In this document: positions 1 to 13,227 of the stretch, piece after piece | Numbering within the stretch: the stretch's first letter is position 1 | Layout of the letters: the number at the start of each line of letters is the position of its first letter | Origin: Eledone cirrhosa | Lineage: Eukaryota | NCBI GenBank assembly: GCA_964016885.1 | Contig: OZ024760.1 | Location: 16,058,001 to 16,122,000 of the forward strand | Reading direction: 5' to 3' | Length of the DNA stretch: 64,000 nucleotides | Notes under the pieces: model-generated | What the model was told of the DNA's origin: nothing | The model's database searches: none | What the model saw: the letters and a program-made list of their open reading frames with translations, nothing else | Made by a program: the position numbers and the translations under genes

Positions 1-138
1 TATAGGAAAAGGTAAGACCTGGTCTTTCCTTTTCCTATTACCCACTCTACTACCCTAAGTATTGAGTACTCTGGTGCGTTATGGTCCATTTGGTTCCTTA
101 CCACAATTCCTTCGTTATATATATATATATATTTATTT

Positions 139-321
139 ATTTATCCTTGGTTCAATCAGGGGTAACCACAGTAAGTAAGGTACTCAATACATAGCAGAGT
201 ATAAATATTTAATATAGAAATGGCTTCTACAGGACTAGAACTGTTTCATTCGGAAGAAATCATCAGGGCTTTCCTGTTGATTTTCCTCCAAATGAAACAG
301 TTCTAGTCCTGTAGAAACCAT
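139..321 (-). mobile_element. Fold-back element family A (hammerhead-core-bearing, probably Penelope-like terminal repeat)
   Basis: Imperfect inverted repeat 220-321 between (TA)n tracts; minus strand reads CTGATGA-tttcttccgaat-GAAACAG (266-241). Same family at 24605-24800 and 45805-46007. Confidence 0.65.
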
Positions 322-345
322 GTATATATATATATATATATATAT

Positions 346-578
346 AACGAAGGAAATGTGGTAAGGAACCAGGTGGACCATAACGCACCAAAGTACTCAA
401 TACTTGAGGTAGTAGAGTGGGTAATAGGAACCAGTAAGACCCCGACAGCTGAGCTCAAGCCGTTTCGACGGCTAATTCCAGAATTAGCCGTCGAAACGGC
501 TTGAGCTCAGCTGTCGAAACGGCTTGAGCTCAGCTGTCGAAACGGCTTGAGCTCAGCTGTCGGGGTCTTACTGGTTCC

Positions 579-581
<3 letters not shown>
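346..581 (-). mobile_element. Fold-back element family B
   Basis: Inverted repeat 424-581 containing GAAACGGCT-tgagctc-AGCYGTC. The tail tattacccactctactaccctaagtattgagtac recurs at 37-117, 3365-3450, 17092-17172, 46030-46100, 48700-48781 and 61335-61415, always beside (TA)n. Confidence 0.7.
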
Positions 582-612
<31 letters not shown>

Positions 613-636
613 CACACATAAATATATATATGCATA

Positions 637-729
637 CAAGGTGTCCACAATAATGTATACACACGTCAACAGCAATCTAACCAAAGTATGTATACATTTT
701 TTTTTTGGGGGGGGGGGGGGGACACTCTG
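637..729. mobile_element. Tc1/mariner-type MITE
   Basis: TA-CAAGGTGTCC...GGACACTCTG-TA termini with inner inverted AATGTATACA; related copy at 54062-54138. Confidence 0.6.
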
Positions 730-816
730 TATATAAACCTGTAGATAAGTTAATTCCAGCACCTGGGGCTTGGTGTACCTATTCTTCCATCTATTGGCCT
801 GCAAGGAGTTCACTAG

Positions 817-1370
817 TGTTGTTGTTGTTGTTGTTGTTGTACATGTTGCTATTGCTGTTACTGTTGTTGTTGTGATTGTTGCATGTTGTTGTTGTTGTTG
901 TGATTGTTGCATGTTGTTGTTGCTGTTGTTGTTGTTGTGATTGTTGCATGTTGTTGTTGCTGTTGTTGTTGTTGTTGTGATTGTTGCATGTTGTTGTTGC
1001 TGTTGTTGCTGTTGTGATTGTTGCATGTTGTTGTTGCTGTTACTGTTGTTGTGATTGTTGCATGTTGTTGTTGCTGTTGTTGTTGTTGTTGCGATTGTTG
1101 CATGTTGTTGTTGCTGTTACTGTTGTTGTGATTGTTGTATGTTGTTGTTGCTGTTGTTGTTGTTGTTGCGATTGTTGCATGTTGTTGTTGCTGTTACTGT
1201 TGTTGTGATTGTTGTATGTTGTTGTTGCTGTTGTTGTTGTTGTTGCGATTGTTGCATGTTGTTGTTGCTGTTACTGTTGTTGTGATTGTTGCATGTTGTT
1301 GTTGCTGTTGTTGTTGTTGTGATTGTTGCATGTTGTTGTTGCTGTTGTTGTTGTTGTGCTTGCTGTTGTT
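817..1370. repeat. Compound (GTT)n microsatellite with higher-order units
   Basis: gttgtt runs punctuated by gtgattgttgcat. Confidence 0.95.
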
Positions 1371-1485
1371 CAATTTACTCCCCTCCCCCCACACTAACCC
1401 ACCACTGGGTCTTCAGTGATGGAACAACAAATATCAAGGGTTGTCGTTTACAAGATAACATGGTCACATATTTCTGGCTTCAGCA

Positions 1486-1487
<2 letters not shown>

Positions 1488-1532
<45 letters not shown>

Positions 1533-1560
1533 TATACACACACACACACATACACACACA

Positions 1561-1591
<31 letters not shown>

Positions 1592-1617
1592 TTATATATA
1601 CATATTCACATATATAT

Positions 1618-1665
<48 letters not shown>

Positions 1666-1771
1666 ATATATACATATATATATAAACACACACACACATA
1701 TATATATACACACACACACACATATATATATACACACACACACATATATATATATATACACACACACACAC

Positions 1772-1802
<31 letters not shown>

Positions 1803-1815
1803 TATATATACACAC

Positions 1816-1876
<61 letters not shown>

Positions 1877-1877
1877 A

Positions 1878-1933
<56 letters not shown>

Positions 1934-1968
1934 ATATATATGTATATACACATACGTGCACACACACA

Positions 1969-2017
<49 letters not shown>

Positions 2018-2019
2018 TA
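1488..2019. repeat. (TA)n/(CA)n microsatellite block (representative; similar at 6340-7800, 8110-8760, 14070-14468, 36700-38100, 59150-59675, 63440-63695)
   Basis: Directly visible dinucleotide runs. Confidence 0.97.
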
Positions 2020-2335
2020 GGTAAGGGTTGACACGAATACCGAATTGAAGATAACGAGTTTGGTTTGTACACCTCCACCCCCCCTTCTTCTGATTACTGA
2101 ATGCTGCAGCTGGTGCATTACTGCACCACCTCCTGCAATTCTTGCACTTAATTCAGCCTCCTGCCCTCCACCACTTGTGAACACGACTTTGAGATACTTG
2201 AACTTCTCCACCTGCTTTAGTGGAATTCCATTCATAGATAGAGTACACTGTGCAGGCTTCCTTGAGCGGACGAGTGTCTCGCAGCACTGATTTGCATTCC
2301 AGGCGTGCAGCACTCGGCATCAAACCTGTCAAGTG
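2020..2335 (-). mobile_element. RTE-clade LINE fragment (RT C-terminal/thumb region)
   Basis: Translation [30 protein letters not shown]...[16 protein letters not shown]. Confidence 0.85.
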
Positions 2336-2369
2336 CAAGTCGGGGATCACATTATGTCCAGTTAATTAA

Positions 2370-2560
2370 CTGTTTCTACTTTTTGGCACAAGGCCAGCAA
2401 TTATCCCAGTGCATTACTGGTACTTTATTTTATCCACCCCGTAAGGATGAAAGGCAAAGTTAACCTAGGCGGGATTTGAACTCAGAATGGCAAGAGCCGT
2501 AACTCTATGCATCAAAGCATGGCGTCCAACCCTCTACCGATACTGCCAATTCACCGCCAG
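2370..2560 (-). mobile_element. tRNA-derived SINE family 1
   Basis: B-box-like GAGTTCAAATCC plus core tttgcctttcatccttacggggtcgataaaataaagtaccag; more than 15 copies in the window. Confidence 0.85.
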
Positions 2561-2647
2561 TTAATTAACGCCATGTCGTCTGCAAATTCCAGCCAGCCAA
2601 CTGATTTTACATTTACTTCCACCAGTCGTGACATCACTTCCAGCTCG

Positions 2648-3215
2648 GTTACGTATCAGATCAGCAAATAAAGTTTTCTGGCAGACCATCCACCGACTTC
2701 GTAATGAGAAGACCTCCTCCTCCTCCCCCGTCACTCCTGCTTCCAGGAACGCGTCTGGGGTTCTCCTTTCTTCAGAGAGGTGCATCCTCGCGAGGTGGAG
2801 AGAATACTTTGCTGATCTCCTAAACCCGATCACAGCAGCATCTCGGATGCACACTGAGATGCACCTGGGAGCAGTGACTAATCTCTCAGAGTCTGAGAAC
2901 ACAAGAGCAGTTAAAGAGCTCAAATGTGGCAAGGCCGCTGGGGAAGATGAAATCCGGCCCGAGATGTTAAAAACCTTAAAGAGAGAAGGTATTCTCTGCC
3001 CGACTCGTGTGTGTCGTGTGGTCTGGATCTCTAGAAAGGCACTCATGCAATGGCAATCGGGAGTGGTAATCCCAATTTAAAAAAAAAAGGGAGATTGTTC
3101 CAATTACAGATGGATCTTCTTGTTAAACGTCCCTGGTAAAATGTTTGGCAAAGAGATGTAGGGAGATTGTTGAGTCCTAGCTAGTTGATGAACAGTGTGG
3201 TTTTCGAAAGCAAAG
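2648..3215 (+). mobile_element. RTE-clade LINE ORF fragment (pre-RT and start of RT), disrupted
   Basis: FWQTIHRLR...RWREYFADLLN...LKCGKAAGEDEIRPEMLK...WQSGVVIPI*KK-GDCSNYR...DEQCGFR. Confidence 0.9.
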
Positions 3216-3442
3216 AGGATTTGTATATACACACATACACACATACACACATACACACATATATAGATATGAAAAGATTCAGGACCCCGACGGCTGAGCT
3301 ACGGCCGTTCGACAGCTAGATTCGTTCGGATCTAGCTCTGCCGTCGGGGTCCTGAATGCTTTCATATTACCCACTCTACTACCCCTAAGTATCGAGTACT
3401 CTGGTGTGTTATGGTCCACCTGGTTCCTTACCACACTTTCTT

Positions 3443-3501
<59 letters not shown>

Positions 3502-3719
3502 TACAAACAAACAAACCGAGCATTATAATAAATGTTCGGTAAACCGATAGGTGTATATATATATATATATATATATGTGTGCATGTATGTATATATATAT
3601 ACATAATACTGTACGTCTGTATACATATATGTATGTACGTATACATACATACATACTTACATTTAAGTAACTGCCGTACTAAGAGTGAGAAATGAAATTT
3701 CGTTTCATTCTATTCCATT

Positions 3720-3817
<98 letters not shown>

Positions 3818-3911
3818 TGTTTCTTTGTGGGTGTAAAATTATGGATGCTTACCTCATGCTCAAAACGAAGTGTGTTATGTAAATATCCCAAATTGATATA
3901 ACTTTAAAACT

Positions 3912-3953
<42 letters not shown>

Positions 3954-4529
3954 ACTCACACATCCACACACACACACACACACTCACAAATATACACAAT
4001 ATTATATAGACACAGACACAAATACACACAACCACCTACACACACACGCACACTTCTACACACACACACGCACGGACGCAGATACACACATACACACTCA
4101 CAAATGCATACACAATATTATACAGATACAGACACAGACACACACATACAGCCACCTACACACACACACACACACACACACACTTCTATACACACTTCCA
4201 CACACACACATATACACACGATGCTACCGCCGCCCAAACAATTATAGAATTCTGACGATGTGAAATATTTCAACAATTTCACAGACATATCTGACACTGG
4301 CCGCCATGACACCCAAGCATTTACTCTGCTTTTCACTTCATTTATTATCTGTCTGTTTGTCCGTCCGTCTGTCAAACCGTAGATTTAACCCTTTAGCATT
4401 TAAACCGGCCATATCCGGTCAGAACTCTCTCACCTTTTCCTGTTCAAACCACCCCTAACCAGCCACTCATACTAATGTTAAGCTACCGTTCTCAAAATAA
4501 ATAATATCAAGTTATCGTAGATCCGATAT

Positions 4530-5282
4530 GTGAGATAATTATGTGAGGTAAAGTCTTTACCGTGAAAATACAATAGTATATATAGAGTAATGGAAATGTT
4601 ATGTGAGATATTATGTGAGATAAGCCTTTACTGTGAAAATACAATAGCATATATAGAGTAATGGAAATGTTATGTGAGATATTGTGGGGTAAAGCCTTTA
4701 CCGTGAAAATACAATAGTATATATAGAGTAATGGAAATGTTATGTGAGATATTGTGGGGTAAAGCCTTTACCGTGAAAATACAATAGTATATATAGAGTA
4801 ATGGAAATGTTATGTGAGATATTGTGGGGTAAAGCCTTTACCGTGAAAATACAATAGTATATATAGAGTAATGTAAATGTTATGTGAGATATTGTGAGGT
4901 AAAGCCTTTACCGTGAAAATACAATAGTATATATAGAGTAATAGAAATGTTATGTGAGATATTGTGGGGTAAAGCCTTTACCGTGAAAATACAATAGTAT
5001 ATATAGAGTAATGGAAATGTTATGTGAGATATTGTGAGGTAAAGCCTTTACCGTGAAAATACAATAGTATATATAGAGTAATGGAAATGTTATGTGAGAT
5101 ATTGTGAGGTAAAGCCTTTACCGTGAAAATACAATAGTATATATAGAGTAATGTAAATGTTATGTGAGATATTGTGAGGTAAAGCCTTTACCGTGAAAAT
5201 ACAATAGTATATATAGAGTAATGGAAATGTTATGTGAGATATTGTGAGGTAAAGCCTTTACCGTGAAAATACAATAGTATAT
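4530..5282. repeat. 60-bp minisatellite, about 12 copies
   Basis: Successive 60-nt lines nearly identical (aaagcctttaccgtgaaaatacaatagtatatatagagtaatggaaatgttatgtgagat). Confidence 0.95.
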
Positions 5283-5340
5283 TACTCTTTTACCTGTTCC
5301 AGCCATCCGGCTGAGGCCATGCTGGGGCACCGCCCTTGTT

Positions 5341-5383
5341 AAATATGGAACGCTTCAAGAGTTTGCGTGTCATCCTTGCGCAG
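5341..5383 (-). pseudogene. U6 snRNA 3' fragment (retrocopy)
   Basis: Minus strand CTGCGCAAGGATGACACGCAAACTCTTGAAGCGTTCCATATTT matches the conserved metazoan U6 3' end (recalled) with about 2 mismatches in 43 nt. Confidence 0.88.
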
Positions 5384-5477
5384 ATAAAGCATTTACCCTG
5401 AAAATACAAAAGTATTTATAGAGTAATGTGAATGTTACAGGTTTAAGATTTCATTTCTAACAATAGCCAGTGCCAAA

Positions 5478-6178
5478 CGTTCAAATCCCGCCGAAGTTAA
5501 CTTTGCCTTTCATCCTTTCAGGGTCGATAAAATAAAGTACCAGTCACGCACTGGGGTCGATTTAATCGACTTTCCCCTCCTCCAATATTACTGGCCTTGT
5601 GCCTATATAAGAAACCATTATTATTGTGGGCCTACTCTGACCATGCGCCTATAGGCTGGCTAACTTGAGGAGGAGATGGGTGCCCTCCCCGGGTGCCCTA
5701 GAAGCGCCGGGTGGTTCAGGATTGGTGGGGTACCTGAAGTCACCCCTGGGTCGTCCACCCCTCTATTGGGGAATTTATTTTGTTATATTTATGCATAGGA
5801 TGTTAGGACGGTGGATTGGCAGTATCAGTAGATGGTCGGACACCATGCTTTGCAGCAAAGAGTTACGGCCCTTTATGATCTGAGTTCAAATCCCGCCGAA
5901 GTTAACTTTGCCTTTCATCCTTACGAGGTCGATACAATAAGGTACCAGTAATACACTGGTTAATTGCTGGCCTTGTGCCAAAAGTAGAAACAATTATTAT
6001 TATTACTCATGCTCATTTGCAGCATAGAGTTACGGCCCTTTCCATTCTGAGTTCAAATCCCGCCGAGGTTAACTTTGCCTTTCATCCTTACGGGGTCGAT
6101 ACAATAAAGTACCAGTAATACACTGGGTAATTGCTGGCCTTGTGCCGAAAGAAGAAACAATTATTATTATTATTATTC
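5478..6178 (+). mobile_element. Cluster of three SINE family 1 copies
   Basis: Repeated gttcaaatcccgccga...gcctttcatcc...ggccttgtgcc with (ATT)n tails. Confidence 0.85.
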
Positions 6179-6390
6179 ATGCTCATTGATTTTACATTAG
6201 AACAAGTTAGTTTTTTCTTTACTCCATGGATTATCTCCTGGTTGGACCTGTTCAATAGATTCGCTGCTAGTTTACTGGGACTTAACTCTTCATGTCATAA
6301 CTCAACAGTTTTGATCTCTAAACTTACTAAACTCTCTCTCATATATATATATACATATATATATACATACACATACATAAACATACATAC

Positions 6391-6422
<32 letters not shown>

Positions 6423-6428
6423 GTGTAG

Positions 6429-6471
<43 letters not shown>

Positions 6472-6518
6472 AACACACATTCATGCACATATATTTATAA
6501 TATGTATATATATATATA

Positions 6519-6630
<112 letters not shown>

Positions 6631-6712
6631 CGTGTGTATATATATATGTATGTGTGCATGTGTGTGTGTATGTATATATGTATATATATATGTGTGTGTG
6701 TATATATATATA

Positions 6713-6786
<74 letters not shown>

Positions 6787-6872
6787 ATGTCCTCGAGCAG
6801 CCATTAAAGTGACTGTTCGTTCAATTTTTATCTCTGATCATCTTCACCATAACAACAACAACAACAACAGTG

Positions 6873-6903
<31 letters not shown>

Positions 6904-7073
6904 GTATAGATGCTCAAGCACGCACATACACTCTCATACACTGACACACCCACGTGTGTATAACATATATGCACGTATCTACATATGTGTGTGCGCGCGT
7001 GTATGTGAATGTGTGTGCGTATGTATGTGTGAGTGTATAAGTGCATATGAGTGTGCGTGCATGTGTGAGTGTG

Positions 7074-7149
<76 letters not shown>

Positions 7150-7473
7150 CGTGTATGTGCACATGTCCACGTGTGTGAGTGTGTGCGTGCTTGTGAGTAT
7201 GTATGTAGTGTGTGCACGCGCGCGTGCGTGTGTGTGTTAGTGCGTGTGTGAGTGTATAAGTGTATATGAGTGTGCGTGCATGTGTGAGTGTGTATGCATT
7301 TAAATATATGTGTGTATGTGCACATGTCCATGTGTGTGCGTGCACGCGCGCGTGTGTGTGTGTGTGTATGTGTGTGTGCACGTGTGTGTGTGTGTGTGTG
7401 TGCATGTGTGTGTGCGTGTGTGCGTGTGTTCATGTGTGTGTGCACGTGTGTGTGTGTGTGTGCATGTGTGTGC

Positions 7474-7504
<31 letters not shown>

Positions 7505-8125
7505 TGTGTGTGCATGTGTGTGTGTGTGTGCACGTGTGTGTGTGTGTGTGTGTGCGTGTGTGTGTGCATGTGTGTGTGCATGTGTGTGTGTGTGTGCATG
7601 TGTGTGTGTGTGTGTTCATGTGTGTGTGCGTGTGCATGTGTGTGTGTGTGTGTGCATGTGTGTGTGCACGTGTGTGTGTGTGTGTGTGCATGTGTGTGTG
7701 TGCATGTGTGTGTGTGTGCATGTGTGTGTGTGTGTGTGCGTGTGTGTGTGCATGTGTGTGTGTGTGTATGTGTGTGTGCACGTGTGCATGTGTGTGTGTT
7801 AGCAGAGTCGTTAGAATGTCGGGTTAAAATACTTTACAGAATTTGTGACAAGTCTCTACGACGCTCCCTGAGTTCAAATCCAGCCGTGACCAACACTGCT
7901 TTAAAGTACCCCTGACGTGTGTTTCCTTCGTTTGATTTATCGAGTTCTGCAGATCGACAAGATCCCATATCATTCGTCTATCAAGTGGGGTAGAATTCGA
8001 CAAATCGGACCAAGGAAAGAATGTTTCCATAAGTCTGGTCTTTCCAATCTAAACTATAATAAAGAAAGGAGTGCGGGACTGCGTACAGATTATTTTTTAT
8101 AATCCCATTTGTATGTGTGTGTGTA

Positions 8126-8199
<74 letters not shown>

Positions 8200-8616
8200 C
8201 ATATACATATATGTATATACATATATACATATATACATATATGTATATATGTATATATACATATATATACATATATACATATATGTATATATATATACAT
8301 ATATACATATATGTATATATATATATATATATACATATATACATATATGTATATATATATACACATATATACATATATATATATACATATACATATATAT
8401 ATGTATATATACATATATACATATACATATATACATATACATATATATATGTATATATACATATACATAAATATGTATATATACATATATACATATACAT
8501 ATACATAAATATATATATGTATAAATATACATATATATAAATATATATAAGTATAAAAAATATATATATATATATATATATAAGTATAAATATATATATA
8601 TATATATATATATAAG

Positions 8617-8667
<51 letters not shown>

Positions 8668-9090
8668 ATATATATATATACATATATATACATATATATG
8701 TATAATAAACAAACAAACAAACAAACAAATAAATAAATATATCAATATACAAATAAATATATAAATAAGTAAAGAAAAGGAAACAAAGTGAACCGTTTAG
8801 TTAGTTTGAGTTGCTTCCCTTGGTCTGATAATTATCAACAATTTTTTTAACCAGAGAACTGGTGGACGTTCAAGTGAAAAATGCAAACAATATACCAATG
8901 GTTGCTAACCCTTTCTGCACCATGCCCCACCTCACCATTTCAATAATTGTTATTGGCCCTACTCCCCATTTATATGAGGATCATGTTGCCAATAAAAACA
9001 CACATACCTGATGCATGACCGGTTTAACAATATCTGTTTCAACACACGTTTTCAGATAAGAAATCTCGCAAAACAAATTCAAAAACGAAT

Positions 9091-9179
<89 letters not shown>

Positions 9180-9460
9180 GTTAAACAATGAAATAAAAAA
9201 TCAAGTCATTAGAGATATACTTCACTGCTTTACGATCGTTTCTCAATAACTGAGTATAGATACAATGTATTATCACCATCTAGAAACGATCGTAAATGAG
9301 TGGAGTATATCTCTAATGACTTGATTTTTTATTTCATTGTTTTAACTTATATCATGACTCTGTTTTCCTTTTAATGTTTTACCTACAACATTTTCAACAT
9401 ATGGATTACATCGAGTTCTTCATGCAGAATAGACCCCACAACTTACAGTGGATACCTCTG
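9180..9460 (+). mobile_element. Fold-back element family C
   Basis: Inverted arms 9180-9346; right arm has GAAAC-GATC-GTA (9283-9294); tail ggattacatcgagttcttcat shared with 32575-32825. Confidence 0.6.
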
Positions 9461-9463
9461 TGC

Positions 9464-9518
<55 letters not shown>

Positions 9519-9961
9519 TATGTATACGTACATACATATATGTATACAGACGTACAGTAGTATGTATATATATACATACATGTGGAAAAAATGAAACTAA
9601 ATTTCATTTCTCACTCTTAGTACGGCTGTTACTTAAATATAAGTATGTATACGTACATACATATATGTATACAATACATATATGTATACAATACATATAT
9701 GTATACAATACATATATAAAATACGTAGTTTAGAAAGCCACAACAATGCAGATGGGAAATCTCGAGGTAGGAAGTGAGTAAGAAATAGGAGAAAAATGAA
9801 AAATGACAAAGGTAGAAGGATTGCCGTAGTGGAGATTTAATCCCAATATTTCGGGTTAGCTAACACCCATCAACGGGGGGGGGGGGGGATACTTATATTT
9901 AAGTAACAGCCGTGAGAAATTAAGTAACAAGAGTGAGAAATGAAATTTTGTTTCATTTTTT

Positions 9962-9999
<38 letters not shown>

Positions 10000-10560
10000 T
10001 ATGCTATAGACTACATTTCTAGTTTTACAGTTTATCTGGGGGTTTACTTTAGATATAACACATTTCCTATTAGTACAGTGGGTTTTTTTAAAAGGGTACG
10101 TTTTAAGAAAACTGTACAGGAGGTACTTGTACTGTACAGAGGGTACTTGCAAAAACATGACAACAACATACATAGGCGAGACAGCTCGCAGCATAGGAGA
10201 AAAGAAAGACCAACACTGGGGGGAATTAAAAGGACAAAAAAACGGTTCAGTACTATACGAACACGCCAGATAACAACATGACAATAACATAGACAACATA
10301 GAAATTAAAATAACATCTAAACATAGAAATGACCCAGCAGATAGGCAAATCAGAGAGGCCAGTGAAATAGAATAGAAAAAAATGGATAGAATAACGACAA
10401 CACCCAAACAAACAATACTGACTTAAGAGAAATATAAATAAATAAATAAATAAATAAACAGATAAAATAAAAATGGCGTAGACATACAATACAACAGGAG
10501 GAACATAATAGTACCACTGATGATGTTGCAGATGTGCAACGAAAGAACTTTGTTAGACTA
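10000..10560 (+). mobile_element. Penelope-like element 3' end: GIY-YIG endonuclease remnant with inverted 5' piece and hammerhead-like motif
   Basis: Plus frame 10133-10375: CTEGTCKNMTTTYIGETARSIGEKKDQH...SVLYEHAR*...RQIREASEIE*. Minus 10000-10107: HCTNRKCVISKVNPQINCKTRNVVYSI. Followed by CTGATGA-t-GTTGCA-gatg-TGCAAC-GAAA at 10517-10544. Confidence 0.85.
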
Positions 10561-10904
10561 TATATATGTGTTTATATCTGTATTTTTGACCGTTGGTCAG
10601 TCAATGATAAACATTGAGGACCAAATGAATTAACTATGGAGATATAAAAGATACAGAAGCGAAAACCAACCAAAAAGTGAGTGGGTTCTGTTTTATTTCT
10701 GGCAATATTATTACAACAATATGACTCTCCCCAAGTATAACAATATATATATGGAGAGCACTCCCCAAGTATAACAATATATATATGGAGAGCACTCGAC
10801 GTAATGCAACTCACACAAACGAAGACGGGTGAGTTGCATTACGTCGAGTGCTCTCCATAATATTACATCGAGGTTGACCATACGGAATGACCAGTTCTAT
10901 CCAG

Positions 10905-11083
10905 TGGATTGGCAGTATCGGTAGAGGGTCGGACGCCATGCTTTCCAGCATAGTTACGTCCCTTTAAGATCTGAGTTCAAATCCCGCCGAGGTTGACTTT
11001 GCCTTTCATCCTTACGGGGTCGATAAAATAAAGTACCAGTAATGCACTGGGGTAATTGCTGGCCTTGTGCCTAAAGTAGAAAC

Positions 11084-11090
<7 letters not shown>
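10905..11090 (+). mobile_element. SINE family 1
   Basis: Near full-length match to the other copies. Confidence 0.85.
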
Positions 11091-11147
<57 letters not shown>

Positions 11148-11722
11148 TTATGTATGTATACATATATATATATACACATGTCTATCTAGCAAACCAGTAG
11201 AAATAGTAAACCAAACCAATCGATGGTGTGACCAACTGACCACCCAGTAAAACAATATCTGTCAAGTGGTTGAAACACTTCAACATCTTAGTTAAGGATT
11301 AAACATGGATTACTTCCCCCTTCCCACCCACCCACCCCCACCCTCTCTTATCTACGTTACACTGACAGAGTTAAGATTGTTGTTGTTGTTGTTGTACTCC
11401 CACTTCCTCTTATCTACATTACTGGATACACTGACAGAGTTAGGGTTGGTTGTTGTCGTTGTTGTTGTCGTTGTCGCTGCTGCTGCTGCTGCTGCGTCGT
11501 TGTAGATAGGACAAGCCTCAAAACACACTTTGAAACAGCAACAATAACATTAACAGCAACAATAGCCAAAAATAGACATTAATCGCAACATCATCAACAT
11601 TTACAGTAGCAACAACAACAGGAACACCTTTACAGTAGCAACAACAACAGGAACACCTTTACAGCAGCAACAACAACAACATCAATAGCAACGGCAATAA
11701 CATCCGTGTCTTGGTAAAAATT

Positions 11723-12568
11723 GAAACACAGGATCGTATTGCGGCGTTATTGGAGTTTAGAGTACCATTTGGCGAACGTGTGGACATTGAAGTGAGTCTC
11801 TCGAAACACAGGATTGTATTGCGGCGGTATTGGAGTTTAGAGTACCATTTGGCGAACGTGCGGACATTGAAGTGGGTCTCTCTAAACACAGGATTGTATT
11901 GCGGCGGTATTGGAGTTTAGAGTACCATTTGGCGAACGTGTGGACATTGAAGTGGGTCTCTCGAAACACAGGATTGTATTGCGGCGGTATTGGAGTTTAG
12001 AGTACCATTTGGCGAACGTGCGGACATTGAAGTGGGTCTCTCTAAACAAAGGATTGTATTGCGGCGGTATTGGAGTTTAGAGTACCATTTGGCGAACGTG
12101 TGGACATTGAAGTGGGTCTCTCGAAACACAGGATTGTATTGCGGCGGTATTGGAGTTTAGAGTACCATTTGGCGAACGTGTGGACATTGAAGTGAGTCTC
12201 TCGAAACACAGGATTGTATTGCGGCGGTATTGGAGTTTAGAGTACCATTTGGCGAACGTGTGGACATTGAAGTGGGTCTCTCGAAACACAGGATTGTATT
12301 GCGGCGGTATTGGAGTTTAGAGTACCATTTGGCGAACGTGTGGACATTGAAGTGGGTCTCTCTAAACACAGGATTGTATTGTGGCGGTATTGGAGTTTAG
12401 AGTACCATTTGGCGAACGTGTGGACATTGAAGTGGGTCTCTCTAAACACAGGATTGTATTGCGGCGGTATTGGAGTTTAGAGTACCATTTGGCGAACGTG
12501 CGGACATTGAAGTGGGTCTCTCTAAACACAGGATTGTATTGCGGCGGTATTGGAGTTTAGAGTGCCAT
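11723..12568. repeat. 80-bp tandem repeat, about 10.5 copies
   Basis: Unit gaaacacaggattgtattgcggcggtattggagtttagagtaccatttggcgaacgtgtggacattgaagtgggtctctc, very homogeneous. Confidence 0.97.
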
Positions 12569-13125
12569 CTTTTGGATGCCTGATTCTTGTATAAATGTTT
12601 GGTCTTATCAGACACATGTAAGTAGTTTTTGTCTCTTATTTTCTTAATAGTATCATCTAATAGGTCAAACAGTTGTTAATGCATTTGGTGCAGGTTAAGT
12701 TTCCTACCATATTAAATAGGGCGATGGTTTGGCAGTATCGGTAGAGCGTCAGACACCATGCTTTGCAGCATAGAGTTATGACCCTTTGCGTTCTGAGTTC
12801 AAATCCGCCGAGGTTAACTTTGCCTTTCATCCTTACGAGGTCGATAAAATAAAGTACCAGTGATGCACTGGGATAATCGCTGACCTTGTGCCAAAAGTAG
12901 AAACTCTATTATATTAAACTAGCAGAAAAACCACCCGTCGGGTGGTTTTCTGCTAGCATGTGTAGTTTGCATATTGATATTATAGGCAAGTCTATATGCA
13001 TGTAGATATGATACATCAAATAACATCGTAATTGACAATATACACAGGAATTGAAAGACTGCGTTACATTGTCTTATGTAATCAGCAACGTAATCCATGA
13101 TACATTAAAAAAAGATGATATTGTA

Positions 13126-13227
13126 TAAATAAATATTCATACATTTCCGTCACTAATTTTCTCCTAATGCAGTATATATACTGCATTAGGAGAAAATTAG
13201 TGACGGAAATGTATGAATATTTATTTA
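13126..13227. repeat. Perfect 102-bp palindrome
   Basis: Arms are exact reverse complements centred on TATATATA (13173-13180). Confidence 0.95.

Larger units (their letters stand above)
4389..5442 (+). mobile_element. piggyBac-like MITE with internal 60-bp array
   Basis: TTAA-CCCTTTAGCATTTA start, degenerate right end followed by TTAA (5443-5446); same family at 38430-39146 and 40830-41740. Confidence 0.65.

Noticed and set aside
11723-12568. CRISPR-like appearance of the 80-bp array
   Set aside because: Head-to-tail repeat without unique spacers; eukaryotic context; no cas genes.
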